NCBI RefSeq assembly: GCF_004010195.1
Contig: NC_057718.1
Span: 1,619,696-1,681,695, forward strand
Direction: 5' to 3'
DNA length: 62,000 nt
From: Chiloscyllium plagiosum
Taxonomy: Eukaryota
The notes below the pieces were generated by a model. That model did not search any database. It saw only the letters and a program-made list of their open reading frames with translations, and was not told the origin of the DNA. A program made the translations under genes and the position numbers. Positions 49,204 through 61,526 of the stretch are shown here, in pieces; positions within the stretch are counted from its first letter, which is position 1, and each line of letters starts with the position of its first letter.

Positions 49204-50049
49204 AGCTTTGACAAAGGGTCAGTTAGACTCGAAATGTCAGCTCTTTTCTCTCCTTACAGATGCTGCCAGACCTGCTGAGATTTTCCAGCATTTTCTCTTC
49301 TGGTTTCAGATTCCAGCATCCGCAGTAATTTGCTTTTATTTTAGCTTTTGTCCAATTTTGTTTGTCATTTATAGAAATGAATAAGATGAGAATGTAGAAG
49401 GTATTGTTAATAAGTTGGTGGATGACACCAAAATTGATGGTACAGTGAACAAAGAGATTCAAAGGGATCATTGAAATCCCTCACTGTCGAGATTTAGGAG
49501 TTCAGTTAGATAATTCTTTGAAGTTTGTATCACATACAGGCAGGGTGGTTAAGAAGGTATTTCGCACGCTTGTCTTCATTGCTCAGACCTTTGAATGTGG
49601 AAATTGGGATGTCATGTTGAGGTTGTTACAGGCGATGGTGAGGCCTCTTCTGGAATACAGTGTCCAGTTCTTGCCACCCTGTTATCAGAAGGATATTATT
49701 AAGCTGGAGGGGCTTCAGATTGATTTACCCGGGTGTTGCTGGGAAAGGAGGTTTGAGTTATAAGGAGAGGCCAGATAGGTTCTGACTATTTTCACTGGAG
49801 CGTAGGAGACTCAACGGTGACTGTATAGAGGTTTATAAAATCATGAAGGGTATACATAAGGTGAATGGCAGGTGTCCTTTTCCTAGAGTAGGGATTTCAT
49901 GGTAGGATAGAACATAAAGTATGGAAAATATGATTAAAAGATGAACAAGGAAAACTAGAGTTTGAGAGAAGTTTAATTGGAGCTCTAAAAACCAACATTG
50001 AAAATTATTTTAGATTTTCTTAAAATTTAAAAAAAGGATTAATTAATTA

Positions 50050-51880
50050 TATCCAAGGTTACTACGGGAAGTGAGGAATGAGATTGCTGCGCCTCTGGCG
50101 ATGATCTTTGCTTTCTCACTCTCCACGGGAATAGTACCTGATGATTGGAGGGAGGCGAATGTTGTGTCTCTGTTCAAGAAAGGGAATAGGGAAATCCCTG
50201 GGAATTACAGACCAGTCAGTCTTACATCTGTGGACTTCACCAGTTCCCTCATTTCCCCTCCCCCCACCTTACCTCAGTTCCAACCTTCCAGCTCAGCACT
50301 GTCCTCATGACCTGTCCTACCTGCCTATCTCCCTTCTTACCTATCCGCTCCACCCTCCTCTCTGACCTATCATCTCCATCCCCACTCCCACCCCACCTAT
50401 TGTACTCTTTGCTACCTTCCCCCCAGCCCCACCCCCCATTTATCTCTCCACCCTGAAGGCTCCCTGTCTCTATTCCTAATTAAAGGATTTTGCCCGAAAC
50501 ATCAATTTTCCTGCTCCTCGGATCTGCCTGACCTGCTGTTCTTTTCCAGCACCACTAAACTCTGGTTTCCAGCATCTGCAGTCCTCATTTTTGCCTTACA
50601 TCTGTGGTAAGAAAGGTACTGGAAAGGAGTTTGGGAGAGAGGATTTATGAGTATTTGGAAAAACATAGTTTGATTAAATATAGCCAGAATGGCTGTGTGA
50701 GGGGCAGGTCATGCCTCACAAACCTAATTAAGTTCTTTAAGGATGTGACAAGTCAAGTTCAAGCAGTAGATGTGGTGTATATGGATTTCAGTAAGGCCTT
50801 TGATAAGGTTCCCCATGCTAGACTCATTTAGAAAGTTAGGAGGTATGGGATACAGGGAAATCTGGCTGTCTGAATACAGAATTGGCTGGCTGAAAGAAGA
50901 CAGCGTGTAGTAGTGGATGGAAAGTATTCCGCCTGGAGGTCGGTGACCAGTGGTGTCCCACTGGGATCTGTTCTTGGGCCTCTGCTCTTTGTAGATTTTT
51001 TTAAATGACTTGGATGAAGAAGTGGAATGGTGCGTTGATATGTTTTCTGATGACACAAAGGTCGTTGGTGTTGTAGATAGTGTCGAGGGCTGTTGCAGGT
51101 TACAACAAGACATTGACAAGATGCAGAGCTGGGCTGAGAAGTGGCAGATGGAGGTCAACCTGGATAAATGTGAAATGATTTATTTTGGAAGGTCAAATTT
51201 GAATGCTGAATACAGGGTTAAAGACAGGATTCTTGACAGTGTGGAGGAACTGCAGGTTCTTGGGGTCCATGGGATCCCTCAAAGTTGCCACCCAAATTGA
51301 TAGGGTTGTTAAGAAGGTGTATGGTGTTTTGGCTTTCATTAACAGGGAGATTGAGTTTAAGGGTCGCTGTAGCTCTATAAAACCCTAGTTAGGCCACACT
51401 TGGAATATTGTGTCCAGTTCTGGTTGCCTCATTATAGGAAGGATGTAGATGCTTTAGAGAGGGTCCAGAGGAGATTTACCAGGATGCAGTCTAGATTGGA
51501 GGGCTTGCCTTACGAAGAGAGGTTGAGTGAACTTGGTCTTTTCACACTGGAGAGAAGAAGGAAGAAAGGTGACTTGATAGAGATGTACAAGGTAATAGAA
51601 TAGATAGCCAGAGACTTTTCTCTGGGGCAGAAATGACTGTCATGAGGGGTCATAATTTTAAGGTGATTGGAGGAAGATATAGAGGTGATGACAGAGACAG
51701 GCTGTTTAAGTGGAGAGTGGTGGGTGAATACACTGCCAGCGATTGTAGTACAGTAAGAGACATTAGGTACATTTATGCGACTGTTGGACAAGCACATGGA
51801 CAGCAGTAAATTAAGGTGTATGTGGGCTATGTTGATTGTTGGTTGAAGGGCATGTAATGTGCTGTACTGTTCTGTGTTTG
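50050..51880 (+). mobile_element. CR1 RT and 3' end, with a Penelope terminus inserted at 50234-50594
   Basis: WREANVVSLFKKG, YMDFSKAFDKVPH and FSDDTK; the insert has a 13-bp TSD cttacatctgtgg (50221-50233 / 50595-50607). Confidence 0.88.
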
Positions 51881-52140
51881 GGGTGGCACGGTGGCTCAGT
51901 GGTGAGCTCTGCTGCCTCACAGCGCCAGGGCCCCGGGTTCAATTCCAGCCTCAGGTAACTGTTGGTGTGTGGAGTTTGCACATTCTCCCCATGTCTGTGT
52001 GGGTTTACTCCGGGTGCTCCAGTTTCCTCCACAATCCAAGATTAGGTGGATTGACCATGCTAAATTGCCCATAATGTTCAGGAATATGTGAGTTAGGTGC
52101 ATTAGTCGGGGTAAATGTCGAGTGATATGATAGGGGAATT
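51880..52140 (+). mobile_element. HE1 V-SINE, 3' truncated
   Basis: tRNA-like head and V-domain. Confidence 0.82.
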
Positions 52141-52149
52141 TTAAAAAAT

Positions 52150-52582
52150 GTTACATTACCTTACAGTGATTCATAATATAAGTTAGAAAAGCGGAGTTAA
52201 AAGGATAGTTATCACAGACAGATAAACAAATTGCAATAAATATTATTGCAGTAGCTCAGCACAGCAGCTTCTACACATGGTCTGACCGGCCTCGCAAGGA
52301 GCTGACCATCTGTGCCCGATCCCAGTCCAACAACTGTCCCCACTCCACTCCAGGTTTCCAGCCCACTCTGCTCCATCTCTCACTGCTCCAGGTCTCCAGC
52401 CCACTCTGCTCCACTCTTAGTGATCCAAGGTAAGTTTTCTTATTAGAAAAAAAACTTTAAAATCTTTGGAAAAAGAGAGAGGATGAAAAATGGGAAAAGA
52501 AAGAGGACAGACTGAGGAGCCCTGGGCTGAGGAGCCCTGGGCTGAGGAGCCCAGACATTGCCCACCCCTCTGCCATCTTGAT
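52150..52582 (-). mobile_element. LINE 5'UTR-like or non-autonomous element with a 15-bp repeat (ctgaggagccctggg, about 3 copies, 52512-52552)
   Basis: The minus strand begins caagatggca (YY1-like) followed by a T-rich tract. Confidence 0.4.
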
Positions 52583-52679
52583 TCTTGTGTTGTACCTGGA
52601 TTTCAAGAAGACATTTAAAAGGGTGCCTCATTAACTTATTTCACTCTGAGGATGGTGGGAATCTGGAATGCACTGCCTG

Positions 52680-55455
52680 GGATGCTATGACTCATGACCC
52701 CCTGAGAGGATTTTTCTGTCTAATGTCTGTTTTGATTGAATTATGGGTGAATTTTAAACAGTGTCTCCCTAGTTCTAGATTCTCCCATAAGACAAAACTT
52801 TCTTTCTTTATCTACCCTTTGGAGACTCCTAAACTTGTCATATATATTTCAATAAAGTTGCTTCTTATTTTTCTAATGTCTAGCAGATACAAGCCGAGCC
52901 ATTCTACCTCCCTTTCCTCATATGGTCGCCTCCACCCACACTGTCCCACCTTCCCCTCCTCCCTATTCCAGGTATTAGTTTGGTAAACCCTTTCTGAATA
53001 GCTTCCAAAATATTTACATTTCTCTGTAAATAAGGTGACCAATACAATACAACTCCTCTAGATGTGGCCTTGTACAAATGAAGCATAACTTCCCTACTTT
53101 TATGTTCATTCCCCCATCCCAGGAATAAATGATAATATTTCATTAGCGTTCTGTATTATTGGCTGTACCTGTGTACTAACCTTTTGTAATTCATCCCTCT
53201 GCATTTCAGAGCTCTTCAATCTCTCACCATCGAGATAATATACTTATTTTCCATTCTTCCTCCCAAAATGGATAATGTCACATTTTGCCTCATGATACTC
53301 CATTTCCCATTAGGTTTGTATCTACTGGAGTTTAAAAGAATAAAGGTGATTTGATTGAAACATAAAAGATTCTGAGGCATCTGGCAGGATAGATGTGGGA
53401 AATAAATTACCATGTCCGAGAGATCCAGAACGAGAGAATGGTTTTTAAAAATAAGGGAATGCCCATTTAAGACAAAGAGAAGAAATGTTTTCTCATAGAG
53501 AGTCATAATTTATTGGAAAGTCTCTTCCTTAAAAAAAACAATGGAAGCATAGCCTTTGAATATTTTTAAGGGGAGGTGAGGTAATCTTTGATTAGGAGGG
53601 ACCTGAAAGGTTACTGAGGAATGTGGAGCTCTCACCAGACAGAATCCTACTGAATGGCTCAGCAGGCTGGAGGTGTCCAGTGGTCTATAGACTTATGGAT
53701 GTTCACAGCACAGAGGAGGTGATTCAGCCCAATGTGTTCATGCCAGTCAACAAAGATGTGACCACACTAATACTGTTTCCCAGCTTTGGCCCCCTAACCT
53801 GGAGGCTATAGCAGTGCGGGTGAATATCCAATACTGCTTAATGTTACAACTAACTCAGCCACCATTTCAGCCAATACATTCCAGCCTCCAACCACACTCT
53901 GATAGAGAAATAATTCTCCTTTCCTCTCCTCTTAGCCTTCTTCTTTTTACATTAAAGTTCAGGCCTCTGATAATTTACCGCTGTACTAATGTAAAAACAG
54001 TGCCTTCGTCCCTCTCATATTCCTCAATCAGGTTCCCTCTCAGCCTTCTCTGCTCTAAAGAAAGCAATCCAAGCCTCTCCAGACTCTCTTCATCACTAAA
54101 TTACTCCATCCCAGGAAACATCTTGGTGAATCTCTTCTGTACCATCTTGAATACAATCACATTTTTCCTGTGGTGCAGAGGCCAGAATTGTTGTGGTCTA
54201 ACCAATATTGTTTACAGCTCTACCATAACCTCCCTGCTCTTATATTTAATGCCTCAACTAATAAGGATGAGTATCCCATCTGCCTTCCTGACCACCTTAT
54301 CTATTTGCCCTGCTACCTTCAGGGATCTATGAAGGTGCACACCAAGGCCAATCTGATCCTCAGTACTCTCCAGGGCCTTACCATTCACACTGTAACTTTG
54401 TAACTTGTTTTGTTAGCCCCCCCCCCCCCGCCCCCCCCCCCCCCCCCAAGTGCATTACCTCACACGTTTTCAGGTTGAATTCCATTCTACACTGCTCTTC
54501 CCAGATCACCAATCCATTGATATGTTCCTGTACTTTATGGCTTTTCTCACAATTTATGAACCTACTAATTTTCATGTCATCTGCATATCATTGCCCATAC
54601 CCCAACATTGTATTCCGCAAACAGCAACAGTTCCAGCATCCAGTCCTGAGGAATCCCACTGGAAGCAGGCTTCCAGTCACAGGAATAGTCCTCTACCTTC
54701 ACCCTCTGCTTACTGCCTCTCAACCCATTTGGATCCCAAGTGTCACTTTGTCCTGGATCCCATGTGTTCTTACTCTCTTGACCAGTTAGCTATGAAGGGC
54801 CTTATCAAAATCTATGTTGACCACATGAAATACAGAGAGAAATGTTTCAGTGTGATTTGGACAGGCTGAGTGAGTGGTTAAATGCATTGCAGATGCAGTA
54901 TTATGTGGATAATTGTGGGGTTCTTCACTCTGTTAGTAGAAATAGTAAGATGGATTATTATTTGAATGGCTGTAGTTTGAGAGAGGGGAATATTCGATGA
55001 GTCCTGGCTGTCTTCATGCACCAGTCACTGATGATAAGTGTGCAGGTGCGGCAGTGAGAAAAGCCTTACAGTGTGTTGGTCTCGATGTGAGAGGGTTTGA
55101 GTACAGGAACAATGATGTCTTGCTGTAATTACATAGAGCATTGGTGAGGCTACTTGGACTATTGTGTGCAGCATTTGTCTCCTAATCTGAGGAAGGATGT
55201 CTGGGGGTAGACTGCAAGTTTATCAAATTGATTGTTGGGATGGCAGGGCTGATATATGAGGAGAGATTGAGTCAGTTGGGATTATATTGATTGGAGTTTA
55301 GAAGAATGATCTTATAAAAACTTTTAAAACTTTAACAGAACTCAACTGGTTAGATATAAGAAGTATGTTCCCAATGGAAGGGGTCAAAACCAGGGGTCAA
55401 TTTGGGTTAAACTTTTTAGGACTGAGATGAGGAGAAATTTCTTCACCCAGAGAGT
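52680..55455. mobile_element. Patchwork of old CR1 RT/3' fragments in both orientations
   Basis: Degenerate 'WSPYL', 'EERL', 'MEFN..CEVMHLG' peptides on alternating strands. Confidence 0.7.
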
Positions 55456-56778
55456 TTGGATTTGATGTATTCTTGTCACATGTACCGAGATACAATTGAG
55501 AAGTTGTCTTGTCACATGTACCAGGATACAATGAAAAATTGTTTTGCATGTTACACAGGCAGATCATACCATACAAAAGTGCATCAGGGTAGCAGAACAA
55601 GGTGCAGAATACAGTGTTACAGCCACAGAGAAGGTGCAGAGAGAGAGAGAGATCAGAATTAACATTTGAGAAGTGCATTCAGAAGTCTGATTATAGCAGG
55701 AAGAAGCTGTTCTTGAATCTGTTCGTACATGTAGACAACTTTTATATCATCTGCCTAATGGAAGAGAGTGGAAGGGAGTGTAACTGGGGTGGGACGGGTC
55801 TCTTATGATGTTGGTTGATTTCCCAAGGCAGTGGGAAATATAGATGGAGTTAGTGGATGGGAGGCTGGTTTGAGTGATGGACTGGGCTCTCTGTAGTTCC
55901 TTGCAGTCTTGGGAAGCGCCATTGCTGAATGCATTCATAAAGATTGGTCAGAGCTTTTGTGAACATACCAAATTTCCTTAGCCTCCTGAAGAAATAGAGA
56001 CACTGTTGTGCCTTCTTGACCATTGTGCCAATGTGGGTGGACCAAGACAGATTGTTGGTGAACATCGCTCTCAGGAACTTGATGCTTTCGACCATCTCTT
56101 TCTCATTACCTTTGATATAAACAGGGCCAGGCCCTCCACTCCACTTTCTGCAGTCAATGACCAGCTCCTTTGTTTGTTGACACTGATAGAGACATTATTG
56201 TCTTTGCACCATCTCACTAAGCACTCAACCTCTTTCCTGTATTCTGTGTTGTCATTGTTTGAGATCAGGCCTACAATAGTGGTGTCATCAGCAAACTTGT
56301 AAATGGAATTGGGGTGGAATGTGGCCTCACAGGCATGAGTGTATAAGAACTGTAGGAGGGGGCTGAGTACATCACCTTATGGGGCACTGATGTTGAGGAT
56401 TATGGTGGAGGAGATGTTGTCACCAATTCTTACCAATTTTGTCTATGGATCAGGAAGTTAAGGATCCAGTTGCAGAAGGGGAGATGAGTTTGTTTGGAAT
56501 CATGCTGTTGAAGGTGGAACTGTAGTCAATAAATTGGAGCCTGACATAGGTATTCTTGTTATCCACATGAACCAGGGATGAGTGTAGGGCAGGGAGATGG
56601 TGTCTGCTGTGGACTTGTTGCACTGGGAGGTGAATTGCAAAGGATCAAGACAATATAGTAGGCTGGGGTTGATGAGATCATAACTAACCTCTCAAAGCAC
56701 TTCCTAATGATGGAGGTCAGAGCCACCGGGTGGTAGTATTTGAGACATGATGCATAATTTTATTTTGGCACCAGGATG
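55456..56778 (-). mobile_element. Rex1/Babar-clade LINE 3' part (RT)
   Basis: Minus strand KFADDTTIVGLI...KELVID and VESIKFL...LSWSTHI..VKKAQQCLYFFRRLRKFG. Confidence 0.85.
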
Positions 56779-58464
56779 AAATTCACCGGTTGAGACCAAA
56801 ACATTGAGTTTTCAAGAAGGAGGTAGATAAAGCTCATTTAGCTAAAGGGGTCAAGGGATGTGGTGGGGTGGCGGTGGTTGGGGGGATGGGGTTGGTTGTT
56901 GGCGGGAGTAAGGTATTAAGCTTGATGATCAGCCACGATCATAATGAATAGCATGGCAGGTTCAAAGGGTTGACTAGCCTATTCCTGCTCCAATCTTCTA
57001 TGTTTCTACATTTCTACAATACAAGGAACTCTCTGGAATTCACTGCCCCTGAAGGCTATTGAAGCCAAGTCATTGAGTGTATTTAAGACAGAGATAGATA
57101 GGTTCTTGATCAGTAAAGTGATCAAGGGCTACAGGGAGAAGGCAGGAGAGTGGGGTTGACAAATATATCAGCCATGAGCAAATGGGAGAGCAGGCTCAGT
57201 GGACTGAATGACCAAATTTTGCTCCTTTTATCTTATGGTCTTGTGGTGTTTTGGTCATTGTGGTTGGTCACAGTGGAGAAATGTGAAATTGGTGGGTTTC
57301 TTGCAGATGAGGTTTCTCAGCCATCTGTGGGTCAGCTGTCCACATTGTGGCATAGCACCTCAGATATTGATGAGGGACATTTTACAGGGTGTTCTGAGCC
57401 ATGGTTGTATGTAGTTTAAACTGTATTCAATTTTTCAGTTGCAGTTTGATACAACTAAATGATTTCTAGGGCATTTCACAAAATTGTTAAGAATTAACCC
57501 CATGCATTGGGTCTGGAGCCACAACTAGGCCCGACCTGGTAAAGGACAGCAGCAAATTCTTTCTTCTGAAGAACATCAGTGAACATTACAAGGCTTTACA
57601 ATAATCTGGTAGTTTCATGATGATCATGAGATTAGGTTTTGATTATATATTTGTTAATTGAACTCAAATTTCAGCATCTGCTGCAGTGTTATTTGAACTG
57701 ATGACCCTGGAGAACTCGTCTGGGTCCCTCCATCATTCATTCAGTCACTTTATGATGTTGAAGTTAGAGACATGTGGATACCTGAGGAAAACGAAGACAG
57801 TTGAGTTGGTTTATTTTAACTCACAAGGTGAGATTCAGGAATGGTCAAAGAGGGTTATGAATGTTCTTTACTCTAGTTGCCTGTGTGTCATAAATCTGAC
57901 CAGGGTTTGACTTGCCTTGGATTTTATTTTAACCCTGGAAGCCATTTTTTAATATCAGTCTGTTCTTTGGAGCAAGTGGGCTCCAATTAATCCCTTTATA
58001 CCTGGGAGCAAACTTTTCAGGAGTGTCTCAATGCCAGGGTATCTTAGAACTAAATCTGTTCATCGTATTCCAAGTGTCTTCTGACAAGTGACTTGTACCA
58101 TTTTAACTCTATTTTTATACTCATTTCCCTTTGAAAGAAAAGGCCAATATTTTATTTGTCTTCCTGTTATGTGCTGAGCTTATTTTTTGATTCCTGAACA
58201 ATAGTTAATCCCATGAATTAATGAAATAAATAATGTGAGCTGCTTTATTAATTCCTGGGACTGAGGGCAGTTGAGTCAACCACATTGCTGGAGATCTGGA
58301 GTCAGAAGTTGGCTAAACCAGGTAAATGCAGCAGATTAATGAACCAGATGGGTTTTTACAACAACCAACATGATCACCGTGAGGCCAGCTTTTGATTCCA
58401 GATTTTTATTAAATTCAAATGTCACCACCCACCATGTTTGAATCCCCTATCCCCAAAACATTAA

Positions 58465-58560
58465 TTCTGAAGAAGGGTTACAGGACCCAAAGCATTAACT
58501 CTGCTTTCTCTCACAGATGCTGCCAGACCTGCTGAGTTTTTCCAACAATTTTTGTTTTGG
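58465..58560 (+). mobile_element. Old Penelope-type terminus with decayed hammerhead
   Basis: ctgaagaagggttacaggacccaaagcatt followed by gatgctgccagacctgctgag. Confidence 0.6.
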
Positions 58561-58651
58561 TTTTCCCCCAGAACATTAGGGTGGGATTCTGAATTTCATC
58601 CAGTGACAATAACACTAAGCAACCATCTCCACCAGGAGTTCCAGGAGTTAG

Positions 58652-58799
58652 TGAAAGCTAGTCTAGTATGTGGGCAATGGTTAGATCTAGGAATTGCTGC
58701 AGCTTTAGTTAGTGAAGGATAATCTGAAGGCTAGTCCAGTATGTGGGCAATGGTTAGATCTAGGAATTGCTGCAGCTTTAGTTAGTGAAGGATAATCTG
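58652..58799. repeat. 73-bp tandem duplication
   Basis: gctagtc..gtatgtgggcaatggttagatctagg... starts at both 58657 and 58730. Confidence 0.9.
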
Positions 58800-58956
58800 C
58801 ATCTGTACATGGTCACCACTGTACTTAAAGATGCTTCTGTAACCATAGTCCAACATTTCAAAGGGAGAACACAAAACCTGGATAGAATAATGAAGCAAAA
58901 ATGGGCCAAGAGAATATGTGAAGTTACTCTAATCCTGACATTGTATCTTTTTGTAG

Positions 58957-59123
58957 TATTTTGTCCTGTGCGGGGTGACATCATTGATCAGCTGTGCTGC
59001 GTTTCTTCATCTACATTCAATTATAAAGCTGGTGTCTGTCATCTTAATCATTGCCATCTACTCCTACATCACCCACGTCAGTTTCAGATACTTGAATGTG
59101 CTGTTGCATGACGATTTGCCCAG
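58957..59123 (+). CDS. ADCY8: ADCY8-like exon (TM10-TM11): YFVLCGVTSLISCAAFLHLHSIIKLVSVILIIAIYSYITHVSFRYLNVLLHDDLP
   Basis: tttttgtag| acceptor and |gtaatt donor; 167 nt; matches ADCY8 [35 protein letters not shown]. Confidence 0.93.
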
Positions 59124-59644
59124 GTAATTTTGCATGGAACATCTGATGAGATATTGTTCACAAATCAGCCCTTTGATCCGTCTGAAACCTTTTTCCTATA
59201 GCAGATTCCAAAATTGCACTGTTCTCTAATTGTGGTCTCACTGAGGTTTTTATATAAACTGATTGATTGTTACATTTCAGCCTTCATATTATGTTCTCAG
59301 AAGGAGAATGTTATGCATTAGTACACAGCGGCAGATATTGGAAGAATGCATAACATTCTGGAGGCTGTTGGTTTGGAGGAGATGACAGAGATACATTTCT
59401 ATCACAGCTCATTTTAACCTCTCTGTTCAATGAGAACAATCGCAGTTTCTATAGTCTCCACATAACTGAAATTCCTTACTCCTTAATGTGTGTACTGTCT
59501 ATCTTCTTTTTAATCATTCCCTTAATGCACCTTATGTTACAATTACTGCTCACAAGACTTTTCCCATCAGTATTTCTGTTAGTTTCTGTGGATTATTTCC
59601 CATTTTGAGGTCAGGTAGAATTTTTTCCCTCACTGAGTTTAATA

Positions 59645-61470
59645 CACAGGTAACTATAGGCTGGTTAGCCTAACACTGGTCATTGGTAAGATTTGAGATT
59701 GTATTATTAAGGATAAGTTTGCGGAGTACTCAGAAATGCAGGGTAAAATAGGATGGAGTCAGGATGGCTTCACCAAGGGGAAGTCATGCCTGACAAATCT
59801 GTTCGAATTCTTTGAGGAGGTAACAAACAAGTTTGACAAAGGAGAACCAGTAGACATGATCTACTTGGATTTCCAGCAGGCCTTTGACAAAATGTTGCAC
59901 AGGAGGCTGCTAAATAAGAGAAAAGGCCCGTTGTGTTATGGGTAAGGTACTGGCATGGACAGAGGATTGGTTGACTGGCAGAAGGCAGAGAGTGAGAATG
60001 AAAAGTCTTTTTCAGGATAACAGCTGGTGACTGTTGGAGTTCTCTAGGTCAGTGAAGGGACCACAACTATTCACGTTATACATTAACGATCTAGACAAAG
60101 GAACTGAGAGCATTGCTGCTGAGTTTACAGATGACACAAAGATAGATGGAGGGACACAGGTAGTGTTGAGGAGGCAGGAAGGCTGCAGAAGGACTCAGAT
60201 AGGCTAGGAGAGTTGGAAAAGAAGTGGCAAATGGAATGCAATGCGGGAAAGTATGAGGTTATGCACTTTAGTCAGAAGAATGAGACATAGACAATATTCT
60301 AAATGGTGAAAGACTTTGGAAATCTGAAGCACAAAATTACTTGGGAGTAATAGCTCAGAATTCTGTTAAGGTTAACATGCAGATTCAGTTGGTAGTTGGG
60401 ATTCATTTCAAGAAGACGAGAGTACAAATGCGGAGATGTACAGCTGAGGCTGTGTAAGGCTCTGGCTGGGCCTCATTTGGAATATTGTGAGCTGTTTTGG
60501 GCCCCTTACCTAAGGAAGGATGCGTTGGTGTTGAAGGGGATCTGGAGGACATTTACAGTAATGGTCCTGCAAGGTGAAGGGCTCGTCATATGAGGAGTGG
60601 TTGAGAAACTCTGGTCTGAGCTCAGTGATGTTTAGAGGGATGAGGAGGGATCTGTTTGAAACTTATAGAATGCTGAGAGACCTGGATAGAGTGGATATGG
60701 AAAAGATATAGGAGAGATTGGGACCTGAGGGAACATCTTTGAGGAGAAAGTGAGGACTGCAGATGCTGGAGATCAGAGCTGAAAATGTGTTGCTGGAAAA
60801 GCGCAGTAGGTCAGGCAGCATCCTGAAGAAGGGCTCATGCCTGAAACGTTGATTCTCCTGCTCCTTGGATGCTCCCTGACCTGCTGAGCTTTTCCAGCAA
60901 CACATTTTCAGACCTGAGGGAATAGCCTCAGAGTGAAGGGATGACCCTCTAGAACTGAGATGAGTAGCACTGCTGTCTCACAGTGCCATGGACTCTGGTT
61001 CAATTCCAGCCTCAGGTGACTGTCTGTGTGGCATTTGTACATTTTCCCCATGTCTGCGAGGGTTTCCTCCCACAGTCAAAGGTGTGCAGGTCAGGTGGGT
61101 TAGCCATGGGAAATATAAGATTACAGGGATAGGGAAGGAAGGGATGGGTCTGGCGGGTTGCTCTTCAAAGGATTGGTGTGGACATGATGGGCCGAATGGC
61201 CTGCTTCCACACTATAGGGATTCTATGAAATTCATGAATTTCCTCTGCCAAAGGGTGGTTCAGGTGTGGAACCCATTGCTGCAGAGGGTTGTGAAACCTA
61301 ATTGTTTGAGTGTATTTAAGACAGAGATAGATAAGGTCTTTATTAGTAATGGGATCAAAGGTTATGGGGAGAAGGCAGGAGAATGGAGATGAGCATCATA
61401 TTAACCATGATCGAGTGGCAGAGCAGATGCTAATTCAGCTCCTAAATCTTATCATGTTATGGTATTATAA
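59645..61470 (+). mobile_element. Decayed CR1 RT/3' end with nested HE1 SINE (~60965-61227)
   Basis: QDGFTKGKSCLTNL, IYLDFQQAFDK, FTDDTK and PHLEYC. Confidence 0.85.
60734..60910. mobile_element. Fold-back Penelope family 2 terminus with 12-bp TSD; hammerhead at 60823-60850 (+)
   Basis: TSD gacctgagggaa at 60722-60733 and 60911-60922; arms 60779-60823 / 60867-60911. Confidence 0.85.
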
Positions 61471-61526
61471 ATTGTCATGACTACAGAAATACTTACAATC
61501 ATTGATTTGGGTACAGAGAACACAGC

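Larger units (their letters stand above)
47545..49349. mobile_element. Composite Penelope family 3 insertion: inverted termini, minus-strand RT fragment (47645-48882) and HE1 SINE
   Basis: TSD gtccacttttgttt (47531-47544) / gtccaattttgttt (49350-49363); RT motifs GVAMDTHMGPSYACLF and RYIDD. Confidence 0.88.
45590..49900 (+). mobile_element. Decayed CR1 ORF2 interrupted by several insertions
   Basis: NPKRLYKYIKSK, LNEYFASVFT, WKVANVVSMFK and QHGFV; resumes after 49363 with KLVDDTK. Confidence 0.82.
3016..59123 (+). other. ADCY8: Partial multi-exon ADCY8-like transmembrane adenylate cyclase gene (8 internal exons; gene continues beyond both window edges)
   Basis: Eight AG/GT-bounded exons splice into one open frame of 1388 nt (intron phases 2,2,0,0,2,0,0,2). 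The protein runs [10 protein letters not shown]...[25 protein letters not shown]...RIHIS...RDEVF.SN and then into hydrophobic TM segments, in the same order as vertebrate ADCY8. It may be a paralog rather than the ortholog. Confidence 0.93.

Noticed and set aside
54417..54447. Poly-C tract as a functional G-quadruplex element
   Set aside because: Homopolymer expansion inside a decayed CR1 fragment, with no further support.
3016..59123. Adenylate cyclase as a pseudogene
   Set aside because: All eight exons are stop-free, phase-compatible and have canonical GT-AG sites.
60663..60905. Recurrent small peptide MCCWKSAAGQAASREQENRRF (also near 12230, 25690, 61530) as a gene family
   Set aside because: It is the translation of the reverse-complemented Penelope terminal repeat.
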